This document shows, piece after piece, positions 26,601-41,600 of a stretch of 64,000 nucleotides of DNA (positions are counted from its first letter, which is position 1; every line of letters starts with the position of its first letter). This DNA comes from the human T2T-CHM13v2.0 reference genome, Homo sapiens: the NCBI RefSeq assembly GCF_009914755.1, contig NC_060948.1; one strand, 5' to 3'. A program made the translations under genes and the position numbers. The notes under the pieces were generated by a model. It saw nothing but the letters and a program-made list of their open reading frames with translations. It did not search any database and had not been told where the DNA came from.

Positions 26601-29600
26601 ACGAAAGGAATGGAGACAGATGGAATGGAATGGAACAGAGAGCAATGGTATAGAAAGGAATGGAATCATCTGGAATGGAATTGAATGGAATGGAATAATA
26701 TGAAATGGAATGGAATGGAATGGAATGCCCTTGAATTAAATGGACTGGAATGGAATGGACTCGAACAGAGTGGAATGGAAAGTGTTGAGATAGAATGGAA
26801 TGGACTCGTTTGGAATGGTCTAGTAGGCAATGCAATCGACTGGCAGGGAATCAAAAGGAATGTAATGGAATGGATTGGACTGGAATGCAATGGACTCGAA
26901 TAGATTGGAAACGGAATGCAAAGGAATGGAATGGAATAGTACGGAATGGAATGGAAAGGAATGGAGTGGAATAGACTAGAGTGGAATGGAATGGACTCGA
27001 AAGCAATGGACTGGAATGCAACTTTCTTGAATGGACTGGAATCAAACGGAATGGAATGCAATGCAATCAAATGGCGTGGAATAAAATAGAATGAAAGAGA
27101 ATCAAATGGAATTGAATCGAATGGAATCGAATGGATTGGAAAGGAATAGAATGGAATGGAATGGAATTGACTCAAATGGAATGGACTAGAATGGAATGGA
27201 TTCGAATGGAAGGCAAAGGAATGGAATCTATTGGAATGGACTGTAATGGAATGGAATGGAAGGAATTGGAATGGACTCGAATGGAATGGACTGCAATAGA
27301 AAGGATTCGAATGGAATGAAAAAGAATTGAATGGAATAGAACAGAATGGAATCAAATCGAATGAAATGGAATGGAATAGAAAGGAATGGAATGAAATGGA
27401 ATGGAAAGGATTCGAATGGAATGCAATCGAATGGAATGGAATCGAACGGAATGGAATAAAATGGAAGAAAACTGGCAAGAAATGGAATCGAAATGAATGG
27501 AGTGTTATGGAACGGACTCAAAAGGAATTGAATGTAATAGAATGGAGTGGAGTGGACTCGAATATAATGGACTGGAATGGAATGAAATCACATGGAATGG
27601 GAACGAATGGAATGGAATGGAAAGGAATGGAATCGAATGGAAAGGAATCGAATGGAAGGGAATGAAATTGAATCAACAGGAATGGAAGGGAGTAGAATAG
27701 ACGGTAATGGAATGGACTGGAATAGAATGGACACGAATGCTCAAATTGAATGCACTCGAATGGAATGGAAACGAAAGGAATGTCATCGAATGGAATTGAA
27801 TCGATTGGAATGAAATTGCATAGAATGGAGTGGAATCAAATGGAATTGAATCGAAAGGAAAGGAAGCGAATGGACTGAAATGAAATGGACTGGAATTGAA
27901 TGGAAAGATATGTAATGGAATAGAATGGAACGACATTTCACGGAATGGAATCAAACTGAATGGAATCAAATCAATGGAATCAAATCAAATGGAATGGAAA
28001 GGAATTGAATGGAGTAGATTGGATTGGATGGGATTGGAATGAAATGTACTGGAAAGGACTCGAATTTCATGAAACGGAATGGAATGAATTGGAACGGAAC
28101 GGACTCGAATGGAATGGAATGTCATGGAATGGCATCAAATGGAATGGCATCAAATGGAATGGAATCGAATGCAATGGAATGCTATGGAATGGAATGGAAT
28201 GCATTGGAATGGAATGTCCTCTAATGGAATGGATTCGAGTGGAATGGAATCGAATATAATGGAGTCGAATGAAATGGAATTGAAAGGAATGGGATCGAAT
28301 ACAATGGAATATACTGGAATGTAATGTAATGAACTCGAATGTAATTGACTGGAATGGAATGTACATGAATGGAATGTAATCGAATGGAAAGTAATCCAAT
28401 GGAATAGAATCTAATGCAATAAAATCGACTCAGATAGAGTAGAATGTAATGGAATGGAGTGCAGTGCAATGGAATGGAATGGAATGGAATGCAATGGAAT
28501 GGAATGCAATGGAATGGAATGGGATGGAATGGTGTGGAATGGATAGTAATGGACTGGAGTGAAATGGACTGGAAAGGAATGGACTCAAATTGAAAGGGCT
28601 CGAAAGGAATGGAGTCAAATGGAATGGTCTGGAATGGAATGAACACGAATGTAATGCAATCCAATAGAATGGAATCGAATGGCATGGAATATAAAGAAAT
28701 GGAATCGAAGAGAATGGAAACAAATGGAATGGAATTGAATGGAATGGAATTGAATGGAATGGGAACGAATGGAGTGAAATTGTATGCAGTAGAAGAGAAT
28801 AGAATGGAATGCAAGCGAAAGGAAAGGAATGGATTGGAATGGAATGGAATTCATTGGAATGGAAGGGAATGTAGTGTAATGGACAGGCCTGGAATAAAGT
28901 GGAATGCTACGGTCTCGAATGGAATAAAAATGTATGGAATGGAATGCAATGAAACGGAATCGAATGTCATAGAATGTAATGGAATGCAAAAAAATGGAAT
29001 CCAAAATCATTGACTGGAAAGGCTGGGTGTCGAAAGGAATTGACTCCAATGGAATGGAATCGAATGGAATGGAAGTGAATAGAATCGAACTAAATCGAAT
29101 GGAATGGAATTGATAGGAACGGAATGGAAAGGAATGCAATGATTTGGCATGGAATGGAATCGAATGGCATCGAATGGAATGGAATGGAATGCAATGGAAT
29201 GGAATGTATTAGAATGTAATGAACTTTAATGGAATGTACTCGAATGGATTCGACTGGAATGGAATGTTGTGGAAGTGAATGGACTCCAATGGAATGGATT
29301 CAAAAGGAATGGAATCGTACGGAATGGAATCTAATGGAATGGAATTAAATGGAAATGAATCAAATTGAATAGCACGGAATTGAATTGAATGGAATGGAAT
29401 GCAATGGAATCTAATGAAACGGAAAGGAAAGGAATGGAATGGAATGGAATGGGCTGGAATGGAAAGGAATCGAAACGAATGGAATGGAATCGAACTGAAG
29501 AGACTGGAATGGAATGCACTGGAATGGAAGGGAGTGTAATGGAAGGTTCTCGAAAAAAATGGAATCGAATGGAATGGAATTGAATGGAACGGAATAGAGT

Positions 29601-32600
29601 CGAATGGAATTGAATGGAATGGAATGGACTAGAGTGAAATGGAATCGAACCACAAGGAATGGACATGAATAGAATGGTCTCGAATTGAATGGAATCGTAT
29701 GGAATGGCATCAAACGGAATGGAATGGACAGCCACGGAATGGAATGCACTCGAATGCAATGGAGTCGAAACTAATGGACTGGAATAGAATGGACTCGACT
29801 GGTACGGACTCCAATGGAATGGAATCGAATGGAAGGGAATCGAACGGAATGGACTCGAAGGGAAAAGACTGCAATGGAAAGGTCTGGAATGGAATGGAAA
29901 TTAATGGAATGGAATGGAATCGAATGAAATGGAGTCAAAAGGAATGGAATCGAATGGCAAGAAATCGAATGTAATGGAATCACAAGGAATTGATGTGAAC
30001 GGAACGGAATGGAATGGAATCCAAAGGAATGGAATAGAATGGAATGGAATCGAATGGAAAGGACTCGAATGGAAATCACTCGAATAGAATGCAATTTAAT
30101 AAAATAGGATCAAATGTAATGGAATGGAATGGAAAGGAATCGAAACGAAAGGAATGGAGACAGATGGAATGGAATGGAACAGAGAGCAATGGTATAGAAT
30201 GGAATGGAATCATCTGGAATGGAATTGAATGGAATGGAATAATATGAAATGGAATGGAATGGAATGGAATGGAATGCCCTTGAATTAAATGGACTGGAAT
30301 GGAATGGACTCGAACAGAGTGGAATGGAAAGTGTTGAGATAGAATGGAATGGACTCCTTTGGAATGGTGTAGTATGCAATGCAATCGACTGGCAGGGAAT
30401 CAAAAGGAATGTAATGGAATGGATTGGACTGGAATGCAATGGACTCGAATAGATTGGAAACGGAATGCAAAGGAATGGAATGGAATAGTATGGAATGGAA
30501 TGGAAAGGAATGGAGTGGAATAGACTAGAGTGGAATGGAATGGACTGGAAAGCAATGGACTGGAATGGAACTTTCTTGAATGGACTGGAATCAAACGGAA
30601 TGGAATGCAATGCAATCAAATGGCATGGAATAAAATAGAATGAAAGAGAATCAAATGGAATTGAATCGAATGGAATCGAATGGATTGGAAAGGAATAGAA
30701 TGGAATGGAATGGAATTGACTCAAATGGAATGGACTAGAATGGAATGGATTCGAATGGAAGGCAAAGGAATGGAATCTATTGGAATGGACTGTAATGGAA
30801 TGGAATGGAAGGGATTGGAATGGACTCGAATGGAATGGACTGCAATAGAAAGGATTCGAATGGAATGAAAAAGAATTGAATGGAATAGAACAGAATGGAA
30901 TCAAATCGAATGAAATGGAATGGAATAGAAAGGAATGGAATGAAATGGAATGGAAAGGATTCGAATGGAATGCAATCGAATGGAATGGAATCGAACGGAA
31001 TGGAATAAAATGGAAGAAAACTGGCAAGAAATGGAATCGAAATGAATGGAGTGTTATGGAACGGACTCAAAAGGAATTGAATGTAATAGAATGGAGTGGA
31101 GTGGACTCGAATATAATGGACTGGAATGGAATGAAATCACATGGAATGGGAACGAATGGAATGGAATGGAAAGGAATGGAATCGAATGGAAAGGAATCGA
31201 ATGGAAGGGAATGAAATTGAATCAACAGGAATGGAAGGGAATTGAATAGACGGTAATGGAATGGACTCGAATAGAATGGACACGAATGCTCAAATTGAAT
31301 GGACTCGAATGGAATGGAAACGAAAGGAATGTCATCGAATGGAATTGAATCGATTGGAATGAAATCGCATAGAATGGAGTGGAATCAAATGGAATTGAAT
31401 CGAAAGGAAAGGAAGCGAATGGACTGAAATGAAATGGAATGGAATTGAATGGAAAGTAATGCAATGGAATAGAATGGAACGAAATTTCACGGAATGGAAT
31501 CAAACTGAATGGAATCAAATCAATGGAATCTAATCAAATGGAATGGAAAGGAATTGAATGGAGTAGATTGGATTGGATGGGATTGGAATGAAATGTACTG
31601 GAAAGGACTCGAATTTCATGAAACGGAATGGAATGAATTGGAACGGAATGGACTCGAATGGAATGGAATGTCATGGAATGGCATCAAATGGAATGGCATC
31701 AAATGGAATGGAATCGAATGCAATGGAATGCTATGGAATGGAATGGAATGCATTGGAATGGAATGTCCTCTAATGGAATGTATTCGAGTGGAATGGAATC
31801 GAATATAATGGAGTCGAATGAAATGGAATTGAAAAGAATGGGATCGAATACAATGGAATATACTGGAATGTAATGTAATGAACTCGAATGTAATTGACTG
31901 GAATGGAATGTACATGAATGGAATGTAATCGAATGGAAAGTAATCCAATGGAATAGAAACTAATGCAATAAAATCGACTCAAATAGAGTAGAATGTAATG
32001 GAATGGAGTGCAGTGCAATGGAATGGAATGGAATGGAATGCAATGGAATGGAATGGAATGGAATGGAATGGGATGGAATGGTGTGGAATGGATAGTAATG
32101 GACTGGTGTGAAATGGACTGGAAAGGAATGGACTCAAATTGAAAGGGCTCGAAAGGAATGGAGTCAAATGGAATGGTCTGGAATGGAATGAACACGAATG
32201 TAATGCAATCCAATAGAATGGAATCGAATGGCATGGAATATAAAGAAATGGAATCGAAGAGAATGGAAACAAATGGAATGGAATTGAATGGAATGGAATT
32301 GAATGGAATGGGAAGGAATGGAGTGAAATTGTATGCAGTAGAAGAGAATAGAATGGAATGCAAGTGAAAGGAAAGGAATGGATTGGAATGGAATGGAATT
32401 CATTGGAATGGAAGGGAATGTAGTGTAATGGACAGGCCTGGAATAAAGTGGAATGCTACGGTCTCGAATGGAATAAAAATGTATGGAATGGAATGCAATG
32501 AAACGGAATCGAATGTCATAGAATGTAATGGAATGCAAAAAAATGGAATCCAAAATCATTGACTGGAAAGGCTGGGTGTCGAAAGGAATTGACTCCAATG

Positions 32601-35600
32601 GAATGGAATCGAATGGAATGGAAGTGAATAGAATCGAACTAAATCGAATGGAATGGAATTGATAGGAACGGAATGGAAAGGAATGCAATGATTTGGCATG
32701 GAATGGAATCGAATGGCATCGAATGGAATGGAATGGAATGCAATGGAATGGAATGTATTAGAATGTAATGAACTTTAATGGAATGTACTCGAATGGATTC
32801 GACTGGAATGGAATGTTGTGGAAGTGAATGGACTCCAATGGAATGGATTCAAAAGGAATGGAATCGTACGGAATGGAATCTAATGGAATGGAATTAAATG
32901 GAAATGAATCAAATTGAATAGCACGGAATTGAATTGAATGGAATGGAATGCAATGGAATCTAATGAAACGGAAAGGAAAGGAATGGAATGGAATGGAATG
33001 GGCTGGAATGGAAAGGAATCGAAACGAATGGAATGGAATCGAACTGAAGAGACTGGAATGGAATGCACTGGAATGGAAGGGAGTGTAATGGAAGGTTCTC
33101 GAAAAAAATGGAATCGAATGGAATGGAATTGAATGGAACGGAATAGAGTCGAATGGAATTGAATGGAATGGAATGGACTAGAGTGAAATGGAATCGAACC
33201 ACAAGGAATGGACAGGAATAGAATGGTCTCGAATTGAATGGAATCGTATGGAATGGCATCAAACGGAATGGAATGGACAGCCACGGAATGGAATGCACTC
33301 GAATGCAATGGAGTCGAAACTAATGGACTGGAATAGAATGGACTCGACTGGTACGGACTCCAATGGAATGGAATCGAATGGAAGGGAATCGAACGGAATG
33401 GACTCGAAGGGAAAAGACTGCAATGGAAAGGTCTCGAATGGAATGGAAATTAATGGAATGGAATGGAATCGAATGAAATGGAGTCAAAAGGAATGGAATC
33501 GAATGGCAAGAAATCGAATGTAATGGAATCGCAAGGAATTGATGTGAACGGAACGGAATGGAATGGAATCCAAAGGAATGGAATAGAATGGAATGGAATC
33601 GAATGGAAAGGACTCGAATGGAAATCACTCGAATAGAATGCAATTTAATAAAATAGGATCAAATGTAATGGAATGGAATGGAAAGGAATCGAAACGAAAG
33701 GAATGGAGACAGATGGAATGGAATGGAACAGAGAGCAATGGTATAGAATGGAATGGAATCATCTGGAATGGAATTGAATGGAATGGAATAATATGAAATG
33801 GAATGGAATGGAATGGAATGCCCTTGAATTAAATGGACTGGAATGGAATGGACTCGAACAGAGTGGAATGGAAAGTGTTGAGATAGAATGGAATGGACTC
33901 GTTTGGAATGGTCTAGTATGCAATGCAATCGACTGGCAGGGAATCAAAAGGAATGTAATCGAATGGATTGGACTGGAATGCAATGGACTCGAATAGATTG
34001 GAAACGGAATGCAAAGGAATGGAATGGAATAGTATGGAATGGAATGGAAAGGAATGCAGTGGAATAGACTAGAGTGGAATGGAATGGACTGGAAAGCAAT
34101 GGACTGGAATGGAACTTTATTGAATGGACTGGAATCAAACGGAATGGAATGCAATGCAATCAAATGGCATGGAATAAAATAGAATGAAAGAGAATCAAAT
34201 GGAATTGAATCGAATGGAATCGAATGGATTGGAAAGGAATAGAATGGAATGGAATGGAATTGACTCAAATGGAATGGACTAGAATGGAATGGATTCGAAT
34301 GGAAGGCAAAGGAATGGAATCTATTGGAATGGACTGTAATGGAATGGAATGGAAGGGATTGGAATGGACTCGAATGGAATGGACTGCAATAGAAAGGATT
34401 CGAATGGAATGAAAAAGAATTGAATGGAATAGAACAGAATGGAATCAAATCGAATGAAATGGAATGGAATAGAAAGGAATGGAATGAAATGGAATGGAAA
34501 GGATTCGAATGGAATGCAATCGAATGGAATGGAATCGAACGGAATGGAATAAAATGGAAGAAAACTGGCAAGAAATGGAATCGAAATGAATGGAGTGTTA
34601 TGGAACGGACTCAAAAGGAATTGAATGTAATAGAATGGAGTGGAGTGGACTCGAATATAATGGACTGGAATGGAATGAAATCACATGGAATGGGAACGAA
34701 TGGAATGGAATGGAAAGGAATGGAATCGAATGGAAAGGAATCGAATGGAAGGGAATGAAATTGAATCAACAGGAATGGAAGGGAATAGAATAGACGGTAA
34801 TGGAATGGACTCGAATAGAATGGACACGAATGCTCAAATTGAATGGACTCGAATGGAATGGAAACGAAAGGAATGTCATCGAATGGAATTGAATCGATTG
34901 GAATGAAATCGCATAGAATGGAGTGGAATCAAATGGAATTGAATCGAAAGGAAAGGAAGCGAATGGACTGAAATGAAATGGAATGGAATTGAATGGAAAG
35001 TAATGCAATGGAATAGAATGGAACGAAATTTCACGGAATGGAATCAAACTGAATGGAATCAAACCAATGGAATCAAATCAAATGGAATGGAAAGGAATTG
35101 AATGGAGTAGATTGGATTGGATGGGATTGGAATGAAATGTACTGGAAAGGACTCGAATTTCATGAAACGGAATGGAATGAATTGGAACGGAACGGACTCG
35201 AATGGAATGGAATGTCATGGAATGGCATCAAATGGAATGGCATCAAATGGAATGGAATCGAATGTAATGGAATGCTATGGAATGGAATGGAATGCATTTT
35301 AATGGAATGTCCTCTAATGGAATGGATTCGAGTGGAATGGAATCGAATATAATGGAGTCGAATGAAATGGAATTGAAAGGAATGGGATCGAATACAATGG
35401 AATATACTGGAATGTAATGTAATGAACTCGAATGTAATTGACTGGAATGGAATGTACATGAATGGAATGTAATCGAATGGAAAGTAATCCAATGGAATAG
35501 AATCTAATGCAATAAAATCGACTCAGATAGAGTAGAATGTAATGGAATGGAGTGCAGTGCAATGGAATGGAATGGAATGGAATGCAATGGAATGGAATGG

Positions 35601-38600
35601 AATGGAATGGAATGGAATGGAATGGAATGGTGTGGAATGGATAGTAATGGACTGGAGTGAAATGGACTGGAAAGGAATGGACTCAAATTGAATGGGCTCG
35701 AAAGGAATGGAGTCAAATGGAATGGTCTGGAATGGAATGAACACGAATGTAATGCAATCCAATAGAATGGAATCGAATGGCATGGAATATAAAGAAATGG
35801 AATCGAAGAGAATGGAAACAAATGGAATGGAATTGAGTGGAATGGAATTGAATGGAATTGGAACGAATGGAGTGAAATTGTATGCAGTAGAAGAGAATAG
35901 AATGGAATGCAAGCGAAAGGAAAGGAATGGATTGGAATGGAATGGAATTCATTGGAATGGAAGGGAATGTAGTGTAATGGACAGGCCTGGAATAAAGTGG
36001 AATGCTACGGTCTCGAATGGAATAAAAATGTATGGAATGGAATGCAATGAAACGGAATCGAATGTCATAGAATGTAATGGAATGCAAAAAAATGGAATCC
36101 AAAATCATTGACTGGAAAGGCTGGGTGTCGAAAGGAATTGACTCCAATGGAATGGAATCGAATGGAATGGAAGTGAATAGAATCGAACTAAATCGAATGG
36201 AATGGAATTGATAGGAACGGAATGGAAAGGAATGCAATGATTTGGCATGGAATGGAATCGAATGGCATCGAATGGAATGGAATGGAATGCAATGAAATGG
36301 AATGTATTAGAATGTAATGAACTTTAATGGAATGTACTCGAATGGATTCGACTGGAATGGAATGTTCTGGAAGTGAATGGACTCCAATGGAATGGATTCA
36401 AAAGGAATGGAATCGTACGGAATGGAATCTAATGGAATGGAATTAAATGGAAATGAATCAAATTGAATAGCACGGAATTGAATTGAATGGAATGGAATGC
36501 AATGGAATCTAATGAAACGGAAAGGAAAGGAATGGAATGGAATGGAATGGGCTGGAATGGAAAGGAATCGAAACGAATGGAATGGAATCGAACTGAAGAG
36601 ACTGGAATGGAATGCACTGGAATGGAAGGGAGTGTAATGGAAGGTTCTCGAAAAAAATGGAATGGAATGGAATGGAATTGAATGGAACGGAATAGAGTCG
36701 AATGGAATTGAATGGAATGGAATGGACTAGAGTGAAATGGAATCGAACCACAAGGAATGGACAGGAATAGAATGGTCTCGAATTGAATGGAATCGTATGG
36801 AATGGCATCAAACGGAATGGAATGGACAGCCACGGAATAGAATGCACTCGAATGCAATGGAGTCGAAACTAATGGACTGGAATAGAATGGACTCGACTGG
36901 TACGGACTCCAATGGAATGGAATCGAATGGAAGGGAATCGAACGGAATGGACTCGAAGGGACAAGACTGCAATGGAAAGGTCTCGAATGGAATGGAAATT
37001 AATGGAATGGAATGGAATCGAATGAAATGGAGTCAAAAGGAATGGAATCGAATGGCAAGAAATCGAATGTAATGGAATCGCAAGGAATTGATGTGAACGG
37101 AACGGAATGGAATGGAATCCAAAGGAATGGAATAGAATGGAATGGAATCGAATGGAAAGGACTCGAATGGAAATCACTCGAATAGAATGCAATTTAATAA
37201 AATAGGATCAAATGTAATGGAATGGAATGGAAAGGAATCGAAACGAAAGGAATGGAGACAGATGGAATGGAATGGAACAGAGAGCAATGGTATAGAATGG
37301 AATGGAATCATCTGGAATGGAATTGAATGGAATGGAATAATATGAAATGGAATGGAATGGAATGGAATGGAATGCCCTTGAATTAAATGGACTGGAATGG
37401 AATGGACTCGAACAGAGTGGAATGGAAAGTGTTGAGATAGAATGGAATGGACTCCTTTGGAATGGTGTAGTATGCAATGCAATCGACTGGCAGGGAATCA
37501 AAAGGAATGTAATGGAATGGATTGGACTGGAATGCAATGGACTCGAATAGATTGGAAACGGAATGCAAAGGAATGGAATGGAATAGTATGGAATGGAATG
37601 GAAAGGAATGGAGTGGAATAGACTAGAGTGGAATGGAATGGACTGGAAAGCAATGGACTGGAATGGAACTTTCTTGAATGGACTGGAATCAAACGGAATG
37701 GAATGCAATGCAATCAAATGGCATGGAATAAAATAGAATGAAAGAGAATCAAATGGAATTGAATCGAATGGAATCGAATGGATTGGAAAGGAATAGAATG
37801 GAATGGAATGGAATTGACTCAAATGGAATGGACTAGAATGGAATGGATTCGAATGGAAGGCAAAGGAATGGAATCTATTGGAATGGACTGTAATGGAATG
37901 GAATGGAAGGGATTGGAATGGACTCGAATGGAATGGACTGCAATAGAAAGGATTCGAATGGAATGAAAAAGAATTGAATGGAATAGAACAGAATGGAATC
38001 AAATCGAATGAAATGGAATGGAATAGAAAGGAATGGAATGAAATGGAATGGAAAGGATTCGAATGGAATGCAATCGAATGGAATGGAATCGAACGGAATG
38101 GAATAAAATGGAAGAAAACTGGCAAGAAATGGAATCGAAATGAATGGAGTGTTATGGAACGGACTCAAAAGGAATTGAATGTAATAGAATGGAGTGGAGT
38201 GGACTCGAATATAATGGACTGGAATGGAATGAAATCACATGGAATGGGAACGAATGGAATGGAATGGAAAGGAATGGAATCGAATGGAAAGGAATCGAAT
38301 GGAAGGGAATGAAATTGAATCAACAGGAATGGAAGGGAATAGAATAGACGGTAATGGAATGGACTCGAATAGAATGGACACGAATGCTCAAATTGAATGG
38401 ACTCGAATGGAATGGAAACGAAAGGAATGTCATCGAATGGAATTGAATCGATTGGAATGAAATCGCATAGAATGGAGTGGAATCAAATGGAATTGAATCG
38501 AAAGGAAAGGAAGCGAATGGACTGAAATGAAATGGAATGGAATTGAATGGAAAGTAATGCAATGGAATAGAATGGAACGAAATTTCACGGAATGGAATCA

Positions 38601-41600
38601 AACTGAATGGAATCAAATCAATGGAATCCAATCAAATGGAATGGAGTAGATTGGATTGGATGGGATTGGAATGAAATGTACTGGAAAGGACTCGAATTTC
38701 ATGAAACGGAATGCAATGAATTGGAACGGAAAGGACTCGATTGGAATGGAATGTCATGGAATGGCATCAAATGGAATGGCATCAAATGGAATGGAATCGA
38801 ATGCAATGGAATGCTATGGAATGGAATGGAATGCATTGGAATGGAATGTCCTCTAATGGAATGGATTCGAGTGGAATGGAATCGAATATAATGGAGTCGA
38901 ATGAAATGGAATTGAAAGGAATGGGATCGAATACAATGGAATATACTGGAATGTAATGTAATGAACTCGAATGTAATTGACTGGAATGGAATGTACATGA
39001 ATGGAATGTAATCGAATGGAAAGTAATCCAATGGAATAGAATCTAATGCAATAAAATCGACTCAGATAGAGTAGAATGTAATGGAATGGAGTGCAGTGCC
39101 ATGGAATGGAATGGAATGGAATGCAATGGAATGGAATGGAATGCAATGGAATGGAATGGAATGGGATGGAATGGGATGGAATGGTGTGGAATGGATAGTA
39201 ATGGACTGGAGTGAAATGGACTGGAAAGGAATGGACTCAAATTGAAAGGGCTCGAAAGGAATGGAGTCAAATGGAATGGTCTGGATTGGAATGAACACGA
39301 ATGTAATGCAATCCAATAGAATGGAATCGAATGGCATGGAATATAAAGAAATGGAATCGAAGAGAATGGAAACAAATGGAATGGAATTGAATGGAATGGA
39401 ATTGAATGGAATGGGAACGAATGGAGTGAAATTGTATGCAGTAGAAGAGAATAGAATGGAATGCAAGCGAAAGGAAAGGAATGGATTGGAATGGAATGGA
39501 ATTCATTGGAATGGAAGGGAATGTAGTGTAATGGACAGGCCTGGAATAAAGTGGAATGCTACGGTCTCGAATGGAATAAAAATGTATGGAATGGAATGCA
39601 ATGAAACGGAATCGAATGTCATAGAATGTAATGGAATGCAAAAAAATGGAATCCAAAATCATTGACTGGAAAGGCTGGGTGTCGAAAGGAATTGACTCCA
39701 ATGGAATGGAATCGAATGGAATGGAAGAGAATAGAATCGAACTAAATCGAATGGAATGGAATTGATAGGAACGGAATGGAAAGGAATGCAATCATTTGGC
39801 ATGGAATGGAATCGAATGGCATCGAATGGAATGGAATGGAATGCAATGGAATGGAATGTATTAGAATGTAATGAACTTTAATGGAATGTACTCGAATGGA
39901 ATCGACTGGAATGGAATGTTCTGGAAGTGAATGGACTCCAATGGAATGGATTCAAAAGGAATGGAATCGTACGGAATGGAATCTAATGGAATGGAATTAA
40001 ATGGAAATGAATCAAACTGAATAGAACGGAATTGAATTGAATGGAATCGAATGCAATGGAATCTAATGAAACGGAAAGGAAAGGAATGGAATGGAATGGA
40101 ATGGGCTGGAATGGAAAGGAATCGAAACGAATGGAATGGAATCGAACTGAAGAGACTGGAATGGAATGCACTGGATGGAAGGGAGTGTAATGGAAGGTTC
40201 TCGAAAAAAATGGAATCGAATGGAATGGAATTGAATGGAACGGAATAGAGTCGAATGGAATTGAATGGAATGGAATGGACTAGAGTGAAATGGAATCGAA
40301 CCACAAGGAATGGACAGGAATAGAACGGTCTCGAATTGAATGGAATCGTATGGAATGGCATCAAACGGAATGGAATGGACAGCCACGGAATGGAATGCAC
40401 TCGAATGCAATGGAGTCGAAACTAATGGACTGGAATAGAATGGACTCGACTGGTACGGACTCCAATGGAATGGAATCGAATGGAAGGGAATCGAACGGAA
40501 TGGACTCGAAGGGAAAAGACTGCAATGGAAAGGTCTCGAATGGAATGGAAATTAATGGAATGGAATGGAATCGAATGAAATGGAGTCAAAAGGAATGGAA
40601 TCGAATGGCAAGAAAACGAATGTAATGGAATCGCAAGGAATTGATGTGAACGGAACGGAATGGAATGGAATCCAAAGGAATGGAATAGAATGGAATGGAA
40701 TCGAATGGAAAGGACTCGAATGGAAATCACTCGAATAGAATGCAATTTAATAAAATAGGACCAAATGTAATGGAATGGAATGGAAAGGAATCGAAACGAA
40801 AGGAATGGAGACAGATGGAATGGAATGGAACAGAGAGCAATGGTATAGAATGGAATGGAATCATCTGGAATGGAATTGAATGGAATGGAATAACATGAAA
40901 TGGACTGGAATGGAATGGAATGCCCTTGAATTAAAGGGACTGGAATGGAATGGACTCGAACAGAGTGGAATGGAAAGTGTTGAAATAGAATGGAATGGAC
41001 TGGTTTGGAATGGTCTAGTATGCAATGCAATCGACTGGCAGGGAATCAAAAGGAATGTAATCGAATGGATTGGACTGGAATGCAATGGACTCGAATAGAT
41101 TGGAAACGGAATGCAAAGGAATGGAATGGAATAGTATGGAATGGAATGGAAAGGAATGGAGTGGAATAGACTAGAGTGGAATGGAATGGACTCGAAAGCA
41201 ATGGACTGGAATGGAACTTTCTTGAATGGACTGGAATCAAACGGAATGGAATGCAATGCAATCAAATGGCATGGAATAAAATAGAATGAAAGAGAATCAA
41301 ATGGAATTGAATCGAATGGAATCGAATGGATTGGAAAGGAATAGAATGGAATGGAATGGAATTGACTCAAATGGAATGGACTAGAATGGAATGGATTCGA
41401 ATGGAAGGCAAAGGAATGGAATCTATTGGAATGGACTGTAATGGAATGCAATGGAAGGGATTGGAATGGACTCGAATGGAATGGACTGCAATAGAAAGGA
41501 TTCGAATGGAATGAAAAAGAATTGAATGGAATAGAACAGAATGGAATCAAATCGAATGAAATGGAATGGAATAGAAAGGAATGGAATGAAATGGAATGGA

